Assembly (NCBI GenBank): GCA_020184695.1 | Contig: JAANOX010000238.1 | Span: 503,630 to 567,629 of the forward strand | Origin: Histomonas meleagridis 2922-C6/04-290x | Taxonomy: Eukaryota > Protista > Parabasalia | DNA length: 64,000 bases | Reading direction: 5' to 3' | The notes under the pieces: generated by a model | What the model was told of the DNA's origin: nothing | Database searches by the model: none | Seen by the model: the letters and a program-made list of their open reading frames with translations, nothing else | Shown: positions 1 to 12,986 of the stretch, one piece after another | How the letters are laid out: every line of letters starts with the position of its first letter | Position numbering within the stretch: position 1 is the stretch's first letter | Translations under genes and position numbers: made by a program

Positions 1-1
1 A

Positions 2-3000
2 CAACTTCAAACACTTTATTCAACTCAAATTCAACAAATTATTTTTTATAAAGAAAAAATCTCACTTTGGATTTTTATTTTAAGACTTATTTCACCAATT
101 AATATAATTACTTTAGATTTCAATAGATCAACAAAAACAAATGAAATAATTTATGAAAAATTATGTAAGTCTATATATTTAGAAATAAATGATAGATTGA
201 GATGTAGAAAGAAAATTGGAACTAAATGGATAAATCTTTTATTATCAACAGTACCTCCTGAATTTATTGATCAAGATATAGGATTATTACATGAGTTTTG
301 GCGTTCATTATCTAACGATAATATGAAATTAAATGAAGTTTTAACTCAGCAAAAAATTGATGGAATTCAAATGTTTGTTGATAAAATTGTAAATATAACT
401 TTTAATGATGATTTCATGAAAATATTATCAATTCTGCATTAAATTCCCAAAACGATAGTTTGAAATTTATAAATGATCCAAATACTTTTAAACAAGAAAT
501 TATAAACTTAAACACAAAAAATAAATTTAATGAAACAAAAAATAAAGAAGAGACAATTAAATTAAAAGATATCCTTGAAAAACAGAAAAATGCTTTTCCT
601 AAATTTATTAATGAATTGGAAGAAATTATAAATAAAGTTATGGATGAAAAAAAAGAATATTTTCAAAATGAAAGGAACAAAAAAATTGAAGAATTAAAGA
701 AAAAATTATCAAGATATCAGGAAATATTTGAAAGATTAGATGATTTTAATCTAGAAGATATTAAAAAAGCCAAGATCAAAATAAAAAATTGTTGTCAACA
801 AAGTGATAAATTATTCGATAAAAATCCTTCTAAAGCTAAACCAAATTTTTATGGCTCATTTGATCTTATTCCTGTTTCACTTCAGTGCTATTATCCAATA
901 GCTGAAAATATTAATTTTGAGGAATTCTTTCCACTTGAATTTGTTTATAAAAGTGTTCCACAACTTTTTTTTGGTTCATGTACACACAATGAATTTATAA
1001 AACTTCTTAACGAATTAAATCAAAAAATGATATTAATGGAAGAATTATTTGACGCGTTTGAAAATGTAGAAAAATTGGAAATACACATTTTTGATATACC
1101 AAAGTATTATCTAAATGTGCAACAAATATTTTTAAAAATGATCTAAATGTAAAATTTTCAGATTCTTCTATTTGTAATACTGAAACTCAAAATAAAGTTT
1201 CCATTCTTCATCAAATTTTAAATCAATTAATTTTATATGTTAATGATTTTAATAAAAATATTATCAATAATATTGAAAAATATTGGAATGATGTTTATCA
1301 AAATAAATTACCAAATATGTTTTCTATTCCTTATAAAATTCCATTTCCTTCATTAAAATCAGAACAAAGTATTCCATCATTTAGAAATATTGTTGATTCT
1401 AATTTCTTTTCTATTCCTATTTTAAGTGTTTCTTCGAAGAAAATTATATGTTGTTTTAAGTCACTTAATTGTTCAATTGGTCCAATAATACCATCATTAT
1501 ATGATGGAAAAATTTTTATTAATTTTATTTCATTTATTGATAAACCATTTTCTATATATGTTGAAACTAATCAAAATGAATATTCAAATATTTTCTTTCC
1601 TCGTCATGATATTAAACAAGGAGAAGTTGTACAACTTCCAGTATCATTTCCTTCACTTATAAACAATGATAAAACAGAAATTGAAATTCAAACAAATATT
1701 CATTTTACATCACATACTTATAATGAATTAATACTTCCATGTAAATTTAATTTTAATCTTGTTCCATTAGCATTACTTATTAAGTGTGAAGAATATGATT
1801 TATCTTATCAAGATGGAAAATATCATTTATGTTGCCAAAAAGCTTTTACTTGTTCAACAATTACATTTAAAATCAAAAATTATTATCTCGAAGAAAAAAT
1901 GAATTATGAAACAAGTATCGAAAGTCTTGATGGTAATACATCAGATAAACCACAAATAGAACCAAATAAAGATCAAGTAACGATTAAACTTCCTTCAGCA
2001 TCTGAATTATCTCGATTCCATTGTAATTTTTATTTAAAGTTTTCATCAAATTTAGAAATCTCTATTCATATGGATTTAATATTAATTCCATTTGATTTCA
2101 AATTTGAAATTTATGATTTTTCAAAGAAAAGTTTTTCGGAGAAAGAGGTTACATTATATTATTCGGAGAAAGTCAAAAGATTCACATTGTACTTTAGCAT
2201 TTCATGTGATCCACATATCAAAGAACAAATAGTCACATTTGATTCATTTTTACCTGATGGAACTATATTACATAATATTCCCAAAATAAAAATAAAAGGA
2301 AAATATGATTTTGAGATTATAATTGATGTATGTTCTAAAGAGTTAAAAAATTCCAAGATGAAATACAATTTTAGAATTGAATCTAATAATATAATAAAAG
2401 AAATAAAAATTAATTTCCTTGAAGCACCAAAAAATATATACAACACGAGGACATCCTCTAATAAAAAAGGAATGAGACCTATAAATCAAATATTAAATAA
2501 TGAAATAATTCAAAAATTCCCAATGTTAGCATATGATTATATTAAAGAAAAATGGGAAAATATTGAATTATTATATCAACAAAATTCAACAAAAATGATA
2601 TTAACAGATATAATTACTCCTTTTGATTATTTACCTTACACTAATCCAATGATTTCTTATGATGAAAATAATATTACCATTTCAAATGGAGAAATTATTT
2701 ATGTTCATGGATGTATAAAAGGATCATATAAAATAAACAGTAATCCATTATATAATGAATTGTTAAATGATTATTTCCCAATAATTGGTTATGATGAGAA
2801 AGGTCAATGGTTCCCTGCTTTTACAACTTATCCTGAAATTGATTTAGTTGAATTAGAACCAAAGAATGAAAGCATTGAAAAAGCAATTGAAATATTAACA
2901 ATGTTAAAAAGACAATTTGCTGTTAAAAAATACACTGATTTGAAGAATGTTCAAATAAGAAAAAGAGATTTTTTAAATTTCATCTTTATGTTAATTTTGA

Positions 3001-6000
3001 AAACTAGAAATAAAATGTTTAGTATAGATAAGTTAATCAAAATATTACCAAATGAACTTCAAGAAATGCTACAAAATCAAAATATGTTTCCAATTCCAGA
3101 AGGAATTCAGAAAAAAGATTTAATCTTAAAAGTATATGCATGTAATTATATATATAAATTTTATAAAATTTTTAAAGAAAGATATGAAATATTATCAAAA
3201 AGAGATTTCATGTTATATAAAGCTCCATCAAATGAACAAATTAAAGAAAAAATGAAATTACTTCAAGAAAAATATTTTCACGTTGAAGAAAATGTTATAA
3301 AAGCTAAAAACACTAAGCAACATAATATATCTATAATAAAAATACGAAATTATAATCAAATTATAAAATCATTAACAAAAATTCCTTCTGAAGGATCAAA
3401 ATGTTATCTTCTTAGTGAATTTAAACAACCTGAGAAAAAAGATAATTTCGAAGAAAGAGATATCGTAAAGCCAATGATAATAAGTCAAGATACATCAATT
3501 GATGATTCTAATGATCTTCGATTTGAATTGCCGACAATTATAATACCACAACAAATAGAAAATGAAACAATTTCCTCATTAATTCAATTTTATCAATCAT
3601 GTACTCAAGGCGCAAAAGTTCTTCCATTTTATATTAGAAGTTTAAAGATGTCTTCACTCCAACTTAAACCTGCTGAAGAATATTTTTCAAAATTAACACA
3701 AATATATCGACATCTTCCACTATATGATTATTCATTTATATCACCATATATAAATCAATTTAATGAATCCTTTAAGTTAATGGCAACTAAATTAAGTAAA
3801 GCAGGTGTTGATTTTACTAAAATTAATTTACCTGAAAATACTATTGGTACTTCTGATAAAATATCAAAAGAATTTATTTATTTGCCACATAAGAATTCGA
3901 TTTTCATTGCTCAAGGAAATTGGAAAAACGAAAATATTAAAGAATGCAATCAAAGAATAAATATAATTAATCAATCAAATGAGTTACATATGACTGATAT
4001 GAAAATACAAAATGATAATAAATTACCCGAATTCCAAGAAAATAAAAAAGAAAATGATAGTTCGATTGTATATGAACAACAAAATATTCAAAAATTCGAT
4101 AATATTAAATATCAAAAAATTATTTCTGATATGCAAAATATAATAAATAAAGAAAAAGATAATAATGAAAATGATGATACAGAAAATCAACCAAAAGTAT
4201 TTTATTCCTTTAATAATGATGATCCTATTAAAGGTGAAGTAGAAGTAGAAAAATTTGATGGAATTGCTTCACAATTTACTGAAATTGATGCAATTGTACG
4301 AGTTATTAATCGTATGAAAAACATTAAAAATGAAGAAGATAATGTAATTACGAAATCTTATGGATATAATATAAGAAATGAATTATTAATTCCTAAATCA
4401 AATAATTATACTATAAAAGATCTTATTCAACAAAGTTATTATTTAAGTTCTTCATTTGTTAAAGTTGCATCAGATTCATCAATTCCATATTCTAACATTT
4501 GTGTAAGTATTTTAGTTGATTGTAGTTCATTCATTTCAGATGAAAATAAAATATTTAATATGTTAATCATTTGTGCTTTAACTTGTGCACTTTCTTCATT
4601 AGAAATTACATATTCAGTATCTTTAATTGCAGATGAAAAGTTTAAATGTGTAATTAAATCATTTGATGAAAGTCATTCATATATTGTTTTACAAAGAATT
4701 TTAGATTGTATATTAATTAAAAGATATAAAACTAATTTAATTAACTCAATACAATTTGCTATTGATTCTATACCTGAATCAATACTTAAAACAAGACCAA
4801 ATGTAGCATTTTTCACATTTACTGATGGTATAGATGAAAATCTTGTTCGAACAAAAGTATGGGCAAAATTATCATCAAATCCTAATTATTCATTTGGATT
4901 TATTTTCATTAAATCTGAACAAATTATAGGTGATAACTTAAAGTTTATTGAAGAAATTTGGCATAATCTTGAAAATGAAATAAAATCCATAAAAATAGCT
5001 CCAATTAATGCAGAACTTAATGAAGAAATAAATAATTCATTAATAAAAATTTTTGCTAATGTTATGACACGTGAAGAAAATCAAAAATTACCTTTGAAAT
5101 ATACCGAAATTACATTTGCTGAATTCCCAGAAGATATTCCTGAATTAAATAATCTAAATAATTTCAAAGAACTTTTGGAAATAGATTATACTAAATTAGA
5201 AGGTGTTTATTCAGGAAGAACAAATGTTTTAAACACTGTTAATAATCATTTTAACAAATTAGAAATGTCACATTATCGAAATAAAACGAATAAAATTAAT
5301 ACAGTTTCAAATATGAAAGATAAAAAAGAATTTGAAACATTTCTTCATGAATTTATTGAAAACAAAAAAATTCATAGTTCTTCATTAGATGCAATATTTA
5401 AGCCAAATAAAGCATCACAAACAATATTATCTTCGAATGGAACTGATTTTGATATTACTGCATTAATATTGAACATATTAAATCCTGTTCCAGATCCTTT
5501 AATATACTAAGTAGAAAAAGGAGGATTAAAACGTAATTATGACGTAACTATTATCATTGATTCATCTATTTCATGTTTTAATGAACTTTCGAGTGCACAT
5601 ACGTTACAAACAATTCGAAATCTTTTATCAATATTAACAAATATTGATTTACCAAGTTTCGATTTAATTATTGCAGGTTCACCAACACCGAATATATTAT
5701 GTTCTGGTGTTAATACATTGGAAGCATTAAATATAAAATCACCACTTTGGGAATCTTTATTTGCAATTTTACAAAATCCTAAAAATAATATCGATTTAGC
5801 ATCAGCTATTCATGCAGCATTTGATTTAAGAAGAATTCGATCCTCAGATCATTCAAGTTTATTATTTGTGATTACTGATGGATTATATCAACTAAATGAA
5901 CGAAAATTAATTATCGAAGAAGTTAATTTATGTGTTCAATATGGAATTAATACAATTGGTATAGGAGTTGGAATATATCCAAAAGGAATTGAAAACTTAT

Positions 6001-8057
6001 TTTCTCAAGTTGTTTATTCACCAAATCCATCATCTTTATAAAGAGCAATTGCATCACTTTTTGGTGATGATCCATTAGATAAACTTGATGAAATACTTCT
6101 TATAGAAAGTTCCAAACCTAATTCAGATAAAATTCATAATATAATTAAGGATTTAATTAAAAATCAAAATAATTTATCGCCATTTTCTGAACTTAAAAAA
6201 GAACTTCATGATATTAAACCAACACTTGATGCATTTTCTGATTTTTATAATGAAGAAAAAGATGTCGGAAATGCAGAAAAAGGATTTATAAATCCAACTG
6301 GAGAAAACACGGAAATGTTTGTAAAAGATTTCTTAAAAGGTCAAAAGATATTAATAGTAATGTTATGGTCAAGTGAATTAAGTAAATTAGAATCATCATT
6401 TATAGATCCTTGCTTTATAGATCAGTCAAGTGAACCAGGTCGTACAGAATGCATTAAAACAGCAGTAGAACATTTTGGCATTGAGATTAAAGTTGTATTA
6501 AATTATTATGATGCAATTAAAGAATTAACAAAACAAACTACACCAGGTTTATGTGATTATTATGCTGTATGGGTAATATGTGGACCACCATATCCAATAT
6601 TACCAATACAAAAAAATCCACACACAGATCCAAATTTAGTTGGACAATTTATTGAAGTTTTGATTTTATTTTGGGAAAATGGCGGTTCAATAGTTTTTTG
6701 GGCTGATGGTGATCCACTTTATTATCAAGTGAATTTATTCCTTCAGACAGCACGCTTTAAAGAATTAGGAAACAAATGTTCCGAATTAAGAATTGGCGGT
6801 GAACATAAAGGAGGAAAAATATTATTTGGAGATAAAACAGGTGAGTTATCAAAGCCACAATCATTTAATCGAAATCCAAAAGTATTTAAAGACTATCAAA
6901 GATTTCCATTAGCTCATAATCTTGGTAAAATATTCGAAGGAATTACAATTTCATATGTACAAAATGAAAATAATCTAAAACCATTTATACCATTTACTAG
7001 AGATTCATCTGGAGGAATAAGTTCATTATTTTATCCAAGTAATGTAACATTTGGATATGGTGATATAATTATTGATTGTGGATTTACTAAATGTTTTACC
7101 GAAATTAATAAAGATGGAACATTTAAATACATACAAAATATCGCAGGATGGACTGCAAGACCTGAAATACATCAATTAACAGATAGAAATATTAAACCTA
7201 AAGATTGGCGTCCTAAAGCAATAAATTATATAATACAAGAAAATGAGATATGGTATGGATTTACTAAAATTGCAAAACATCGTTTGTTTGCTATTGATTG
7301 TTCTGGATCTGTTAAAGATAATGAGTTTTATCATTCCGAACTTCGGAAAATTTTAGAACTTGAATATGAAATAGGAGATAAAATATTTCTATGGTCAGAT
7401 AAAATATGGGAAAAAACACGCGATCAAATGAATAATTTTATGGATCAAAAAGAAGGTAAAAATGGAACATATTCGAATCTTATTGTAGATATTGCAGTTA
7501 AAGCAGGTGTTGAATATCGTGACCATTTAATCATTGTTACTGACGGTGAAGTTCCAATGGAAACAGTACAAAAAGGAGATAAAAAAATGGAAAAGAAAAA
7601 GATTAAATTTAAACATGTTACAACTTATTTAATTAATGGTAACGATGGAAATAATGTTAATTTATCAGTTGGAGCTGCGTACAGTAGAGGTTGTCCAAAT
7701 GAAACATATTTAATTAAAGAGCCAAATGTAAAATTAAAAATATTTGCTTTGATGCAAGAAGATTTGGATACATTAAATGCAATTGGAATGATTACAAAAT
7801 ATAAACAATTTAAGGAAAAATTTAATATGCTTGAAAAAGCAATACAAGCAAAAACAATCGGTACATTTGGTGACCAAAAATTAAGTGACGATTTGCAATT
7901 GTTGAAACAAAGAATTGAAGTTTCAGGAATTCCTGAAAATAAACAGGAAACATTCCATAAAAAATGGAAAGTTTTGGACAGAATGGCTTCAGGTGCTATA
8001 AAAAATGCTTTTACAATTGATACAATAGCAGCTGCTAAATCAAGCACTTCTAATTAA
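2..8057 (+). pseudogene. Giant multi-vWA-domain gene (over 2600 codons, 5' end outside the window), disrupted by 2 frameshifts and 2 in-frame TAA stops
   Basis: The frame is open from nt 2. ORFs 197-442, 460-1146, 1317-5510, 5718-6041 and 6315-8057 join into one protein after a 1-nt shift near 411-418 (gatttcatg) and another near 1128-1137 (atatttttaaaa). ORFs 1317, 5718 and 6315 share one frame, broken only by TAA at 5508 and 6039. Three vWA/MIDAS-type motif pairs: VSILVDCSSF..FTFTDG, VTIIIDSSIS..FVITDG and LFAIDCSGS..IIVTDG. Confidence 0.75.
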
Positions 8058-8535
8058 ATTATGTAAAAATCTGATTTTTGTTGTGAAGCTTCACAGAGGG
8101 GACCATCTTTTTACTCGCTTCTGAGAAAAAAATTCTGTTTGAAAGATTGAATTCGAAATGAAAAACGTTTTTAGTTAGTTATTATTATCAGATTCAATTT
8201 TTTGGGTTCAATGTCGAAATAAACTATTTAAATACAATTTGAAATATTTATTTCTGATATTTACAAATGTTCGATATAATGCCCGTTTACTAAATTGTAC
8301 TTAATCGTTTTGCATTCACTCCATCGAAACTTGGTCAAAAAGGGTTCATGCCCATTATATACATCTATTCTTTTTGAATTCAAGATTAACATCAATTCCT
8401 TTTTGTTTCAAAAGTAATTTAAATTACTATTTGTTGCCACATAATCAATAAAATATTTTATTTCAAATTTATTTTTTTATTTCAAAAAATCCGACAAAAT
8501 TAATAATTTATTACACCAATAATATAAGTTATATA

Positions 8536-9981
8536 TTAATTTGAACTTAATGAGTCGAAGCAATTCTTCAAACTTTCGAACAATTTCAACGCCTTTTTAT
8601 TAAATGGCGAATTTCCTTTCGTCAAATCCTCCAATAAACAAAGTGTTTGCTGTCCACATAGCATTGGCTTTAAGTCGCTAAACGAAATAATAATTTCGAT
8701 CATTTCCAAACAAATTAATTGTAATATTTGTAATTTCTTATTATTAAATTTTATGTTTTTTATATTTAACACTTCGAATATAGTCATGAAAACTTGTGAC
8801 AAGAAACACGACTTATCTCCGCTTTGCGCTTCATTGAAATTCCTCCAGATATTTAATAAACATGAAATTAAATATATCGAAATATCAATTTCATTTCTTT
8901 CATCATTTTCATCAGTTGGACAACATGTACATATTAATTTCACCAAATTATTTAAATCCGATTGCATAATTAACATGGCATCATCAACATAATGTGATAA
9001 CTTCTCTAAAATAGCAGAAGAATAATAACGAGCTGAAAGTGTTGAACTTTTTGTCTTAGGATTTAAGTTATTAAGTAGTAGTGGAATTAATTCTTTCGCA
9101 TTTGAGTAAAATGAGTGTTTAGAAATGCCTTCATCTAAAAGAGTATTAATATCATTAATATGAACTTGAGTGGAAATGGCTGCAAGTAAAAATGAGGTGA
9201 CCCACTTATCGTCTGTATTCAAAAAGTTGTAAAATGGAGGAAGTGTTGATTTTGTTTGCAAAGAATATAGGAGACGTGAGGTGGTGCGTTGTGATATGAT
9301 GGAGTCAGAATGTATTAAAGAAGAAAGAGTTTCTTGTGTAATAAGATCATTTGGGATATCAAATGTATTGGAACTAAGATTAAATAAAGATACAAAAAGA
9401 TCAAGTGACAAGTATTGGACAGAACAATCACAGTGAAGTGCATGATGAAGAACTTTGGGTAAAGCTGATTGTACCATGACTGGTGAATACATAGGGAAAA
9501 GGCGATAAAGAGTACGAACTGTGTTAAAATGAGCTGGATGACAATCAGAATCAAGCATGGAATATAAAAATGCAAATCCGACATTTTTTGAGGATGGTTT
9601 GAGTTTTTGGATTTCAATTTGTTCATTTTTGCTTTGCCACTCATCAAGTGACGTATACTGAGTATCTGGAGAAGGAGGTACAAGAATAGAGGCACAGGCA
9701 TCACAAATTCTATCTATTGAATTTCCAATTAATGTACGATTTGATGTACATTTGCCGCACATAAGAAGACCACAATGACGACAATGATGACGCCTATTGA
9801 AATGTGTGAACTCAGCTCCACATAGCATACAGTTGTTGCTAACTGAATCATCCATCCATTTTTCTGCTGATGAATGTGTAAATGTTGATGGATCTATCGA
9901 CGAAACTGATGGAAATTCATCTATCACTGCAAAAAAATTTTGTTCAAGAGAATCAATTGAGTTTTCGTTTTCTTCTTCCAT
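8536..9981 (-). CDS. FYVE zinc-finger protein with a C-terminal helical (ARM-like) region
   Basis: WMDD..C..C...F..FNRRHHCRHCG..MC..C...R.CD.C is the FYVE signature (WxxD, RRHHCR). The remainder is Leu-rich and helical. Confidence 0.85.
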   Translation of the reverse strand: MEEENENSIDSLEQNFFAVIDEFPSVSSIDPSTFTHSSAEKWMDDSVSNNCMLCGAEFTHFNRRHHCRHCGLLMCGKCTSNRTLIGNSIDRICDACASILVPPSPDTQYTSLDEWQSKNEQIEIQKLKPSSKNVGFAFLYSMLDSDCHPAHFNTVRTLYRLFPMYSPVMVQSALPKVLHHALHCDCSVQYLSLDLFVSLFNLSSNTFDIPNDLITQETLSSLIHSDSIISQRTTSRLLYSLQTKSTLPPFYNFLNTDDKWVTSFLLAAISTQVHINDINTLLDEGISKHSFYSNAKELIPLLLNNLNPKTKSSTLSARYYSSAILEKLSHYVDDAMLIMQSDLNNLVKLICTCCPTDENDERNEIDISIYLISCLLNIWRNFNEAQSGDKSCFLSQVFMTIFEVLNIKNIKFNNKKLQILQLICLEMIEIIISFSDLKPMLCGQQTLCLLEDLTKGNSPFNKKALKLFESLKNCFDSLSSN

Positions 9982-10488
9982 ATTGTACTTGACAGAGTGA
10001 ATTGAACGATAGAAAACGCCCAGAAAAAAATAAACGTATTTTTATTGAGGTTCATTTATAAGACATGTGATGTAAATTTATTTCGCGATGATCGTTAATT
10101 TATCATGAAATACAATTAATCAAATGTCAACATGAAGTCCTAAGACATCTTCTGAAAATTCATAGAATATGGGCTTCATTAAAATATTATTATCTTCTTA
10201 TAAAAATGGGGTTTGTATTGAAAATGCATTTTTAACATTAAATTTAATTGAAACATATTTTCAAACTTAAAAAAAAATCTAAAAGATGAAGTACATTTGA
10301 TGCTGTCATATATTAATGCGTATTCACTAATGAACAAACGAATGGAAGAAAACCAAAAAGCAAAAGTGACAATCAACTGTGAGCATTAGTTTTTTGGGTA
10401 AGATAGAGACATTGTGTTTTCAAAAAAAAAATTTCATCTAAAAAAACTATGTAGAATTTATTGAAATAACTTAATTCCAGCTTCTTCT

Positions 10489-11529
10489 ATGGAAGATTTT
10501 TGTAATGGTATTTTATTGTTAAGACATTTATATTATCATTTCTTTTTAATATTTTTTCTTATTCAGTTAATTTTTTTATCGAAGGAATCATGTTTAAATA
10601 ATGTTATATATATTAAAAATATCCAAAACTCAAAAACAAACATAAATATAAACAAAATGTTTTTTATAATGATTAGTATGCCTAAAGACATAACTCCGAT
10701 GTATATGCATAAATTTTTCTCTTTTTCTTTAAACCAAAAAGCTGGATATAAAGCTTCATATATTGATTGGAAGAATTTCAATATCACTAATAATAAACAT
10801 ATTTTAAATCTTCATTCTCCACAACATTATTCTGATATTGTATCTACAATTCAAACAAACACACGTTATACAATAAAAGACATTGATATATTTCGAAAGA
10901 CATATTTTGCGCTTTCTTATTTTTATTATGAAACAAATTATAGATGGTTTCATAGAGGTACAGTTGACAACATCATAAATGTAAACATCCTTGATGATTT
11001 TTATGAATCATTAGAAACAAAATATGATCCACTTATACAACCTGTTGTATTAGGTGGATGCATTCCAAATTCTGCTACATCATTTCTTCAAGGAGGATCT
11101 GGTTATCTTTATTCTAGAAAAGCAGCTGAATTAATACTTCCCATATATGAAAAAATTATTCGATCATGTACAGAACATGAAGATGTTTGTCATAATGAAT
11201 TTATTGGTTACTTAAACATTACTATGGAAGAAGCATCATCACCAAATTTCTTGGGCCATAACTTTTTAGATGATGATATAAAGCGTCTAATGAATGAATC
11301 ATTTGATGATTTACCTAAATGCCCAAAGCCTAAAGTAAAAAATAAAAAAACAAAATGCAAAGAATTCCATTCACCTGTAAATCAAATTGTCTTTTTGCAT
11401 CAACACGGTAAAGGAATTAGTGATGTTATTGAGATATGTAAAAAGATATTCTGTATAAAAGATGACTTTGTCCATTTTTATTTTCCCAAAGGATCAACAT
11501 CGCCAAAACTCTGCAGATCAACAGATTGA
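10489..11529 (+). CDS. Type II membrane glycosyltransferase-like protein (GT31 / fringe / core-1 galactosyltransferase-like)
   Basis: N-terminal hydrophobic anchor (FFLIFFLIQLIFLS); motifs RWFHRGTVD, FLQGGSGYLYSRKAA and HEDV resemble GT31 GGxGY.xS / EDV. Confidence 0.55.
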   Translation: MEDFCNGILLLRHLYYHFFLIFFLIQLIFLSKESCLNNVIYIKNIQNSKTNININKMFFIMISMPKDITPMYMHKFFSFSLNQKAGYKASYIDWKNFNITNNKHILNLHSPQHYSDIVSTIQTNTRYTIKDIDIFRKTYFALSYFYYETNYRWFHRGTVDNIINVNILDDFYESLETKYDPLIQPVVLGGCIPNSATSFLQGGSGYLYSRKAAELILPIYEKIIRSCTEHEDVCHNEFIGYLNITMEEASSPNFLGHNFLDDDIKRLMNESFDDLPKCPKPKVKNKKTKCKEFHSPVNQIVFLHQHGKGISDVIEICKKIFCIKDDFVHFYFPKGSTSPKLCRSTD

Positions 11530-11598
11530 TAATAAATTACATTTTTTGACAAATTTTTAAATAAAATAGAAAATCGTTTTGTATCACCATTTGTTTAT

Positions 11599-12525
11599 TC
11601 AGATGCGGCCCATCTTCTTCATTTCTTCAAAGATGAACTTGCCGAGGTTTCCTGGATGACGAGAAATGCGAACGCCAGCGGCTTGGAGAGCAGCATATTT
11701 ACCTTCTGCAGTACCCTTTCCACCAGAAATGATAGCTCCTGCATGACCCATACGCTTTCCTGGAGGAGCTGTGGCGCCAGCGATGAAGGTGACAACTGGT
11801 TTTTCTTTGGTCAAATGATTCTTAGCAATCCATTCAGCAGCATCTTCTTCGGATTGGCCACCAATTTCACCAATGAGGATGATACCTTCGGTGTGTGGAT
11901 CCTCTGCAAATCTCTTGACAACGTCAACGTGAAGTTGTCCTGCAAATGGATCTCCACCAATACCAACAACTGTGGATTGACCAAGTCCAGCTAATGTTGT
12001 TGCATATGAGGCTTCGTATGTGAGTGTACCAGAACGAGAAACAATACCAATTTTTCCTGGTGTATGAATATTGGTTGGAATAATACCCATCTTGCAGTGT
12101 GTACGTGGTTGAATGATACCTGGGCAGTTTGGACCAATGAGTTCAACTCCCTTTTCTTTGAGAACCTTCTTAACTTTGATCATATCATGTTGTGGGATGT
12201 GTTCTGTGATGCAAACAACAAGGCCAACGCCTGCATTAGCAGCTTCGATCATGGCTGCTGCAGCACCTGATGCTGGAACAAAAATAAGAGATGCATTAGC
12301 ATCTGTTTTAGCAACAGCGTCCTTAACTGAGGCAAAAACTGGCATGCCAGCAACAATTTGGCCAGCTTTCTTTGGGTGAACACCAGCAACAACTTTTGTA
12401 CCATATTCACGCATTAAGCGGGAATGGAATTGACCTTGATTACCAATACCCTGAACAACAACACGTGTGTTCTCGTCAACAAAAAGAAGTGGTTTGTGGA
12501 GATTACGAACAGGAGATGCAAGCAT
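11599..12525 (-). CDS. SUCLG1: Hydrogenosomal succinyl-CoA synthetase alpha subunit
   Basis: [22 protein letters not shown] and phospho-His motif RMGHAGAI. The real ATG is at 12525 (the track starts at a TTG). N-terminus [15 protein letters not shown] matches trichomonad hydrogenosomal presequences (ML start, Arg at -2). Confidence 0.97.
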   Translation of the reverse strand: MLASPVRNLHKPLLFVDENTRVVVQGIGNQGQFHSRLMREYGTKVVAGVHPKKAGQIVAGMPVFASVKDAVAKTDANASLIFVPASGAAAAMIEAANAGVGLVVCITEHIPQHDMIKVKKVLKEKGVELIGPNCPGIIQPRTHCKMGIIPTNIHTPGKIGIVSRSGTLTYEASYATTLAGLGQSTVVGIGGDPFAGQLHVDVVKRFAEDPHTEGIILIGEIGGQSEEDAAEWIAKNHLTKEKPVVTFIAGATAPPGKRMGHAGAIISGGKGTAEGKYAALQAAGVRISRHPGNLGKFIFEEMKKMGRI

Positions 12526-12528
12526 CTT

Positions 12529-12541
12529 AAATGTGAAGTGG
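12529..12541 (-). promoter_or_regulatory. Trichomonad initiator (Inr) of the SCS-alpha gene
   Basis: CCACTTCACATTT lies 3 nt before the ATG and closely resembles the tandem TCAY(T/A) Inr known from trichomonad alpha-SCS. Confidence 0.7.
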
Positions 12542-12986
12542 TCCCTGTCTCTCAATTTTAACTGAATTGTTTGGTTCCAGTTATCAAAAAATTAAATCAT
12601 ATAACCGCTTACCACGTCACATGTCTGCAAAAATGTTTTCTTGTTTAATTTTTTCATAGAAGTATTATTGTGATATTTTTTCCAAAATCATCATCATATT
12701 ATATAACAAATGCTATGTTAAAGCTAATAATTTTCTAATTTTTAAAGTCAATCTTTGATTCTTATTTGTTAGTAAGTCATACAAAGGGAAAATTTTTCTT
12801 TTATTGTAAAAAACTTAAATTAAAAATAAGAGAGAACAAAAATATTTTTCACAAGAAGATATAAAATCTAAAATTAATTGATAATAATAGCTCTACACAA
12901 AGAATGAAAGATATCGTGAACATAACAGAACAGATTAAATACATGTGAAAGGATATTGACAATTTTGTGTTTTACTTTAATGATAC

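Noticed and set aside
5483-5513. Intron removing the first TAA of the vWA gene (..ACTAAGTAG)
   Set aside because: The candidate is 28 nt, so it would shift the frame; the branch motif is imperfect; and it would remove conserved-looking PVPDPLIY codons.
11656-12379. Plus-strand ORFs overlapping SCS-alpha; likewise 48563-49931 over ligase I, 53553-53809 over H4 and 56183-56467 over P2
   Set aside because: Antisense or off-frame shadows of conserved, GC-richer genes, with no motifs of their own.
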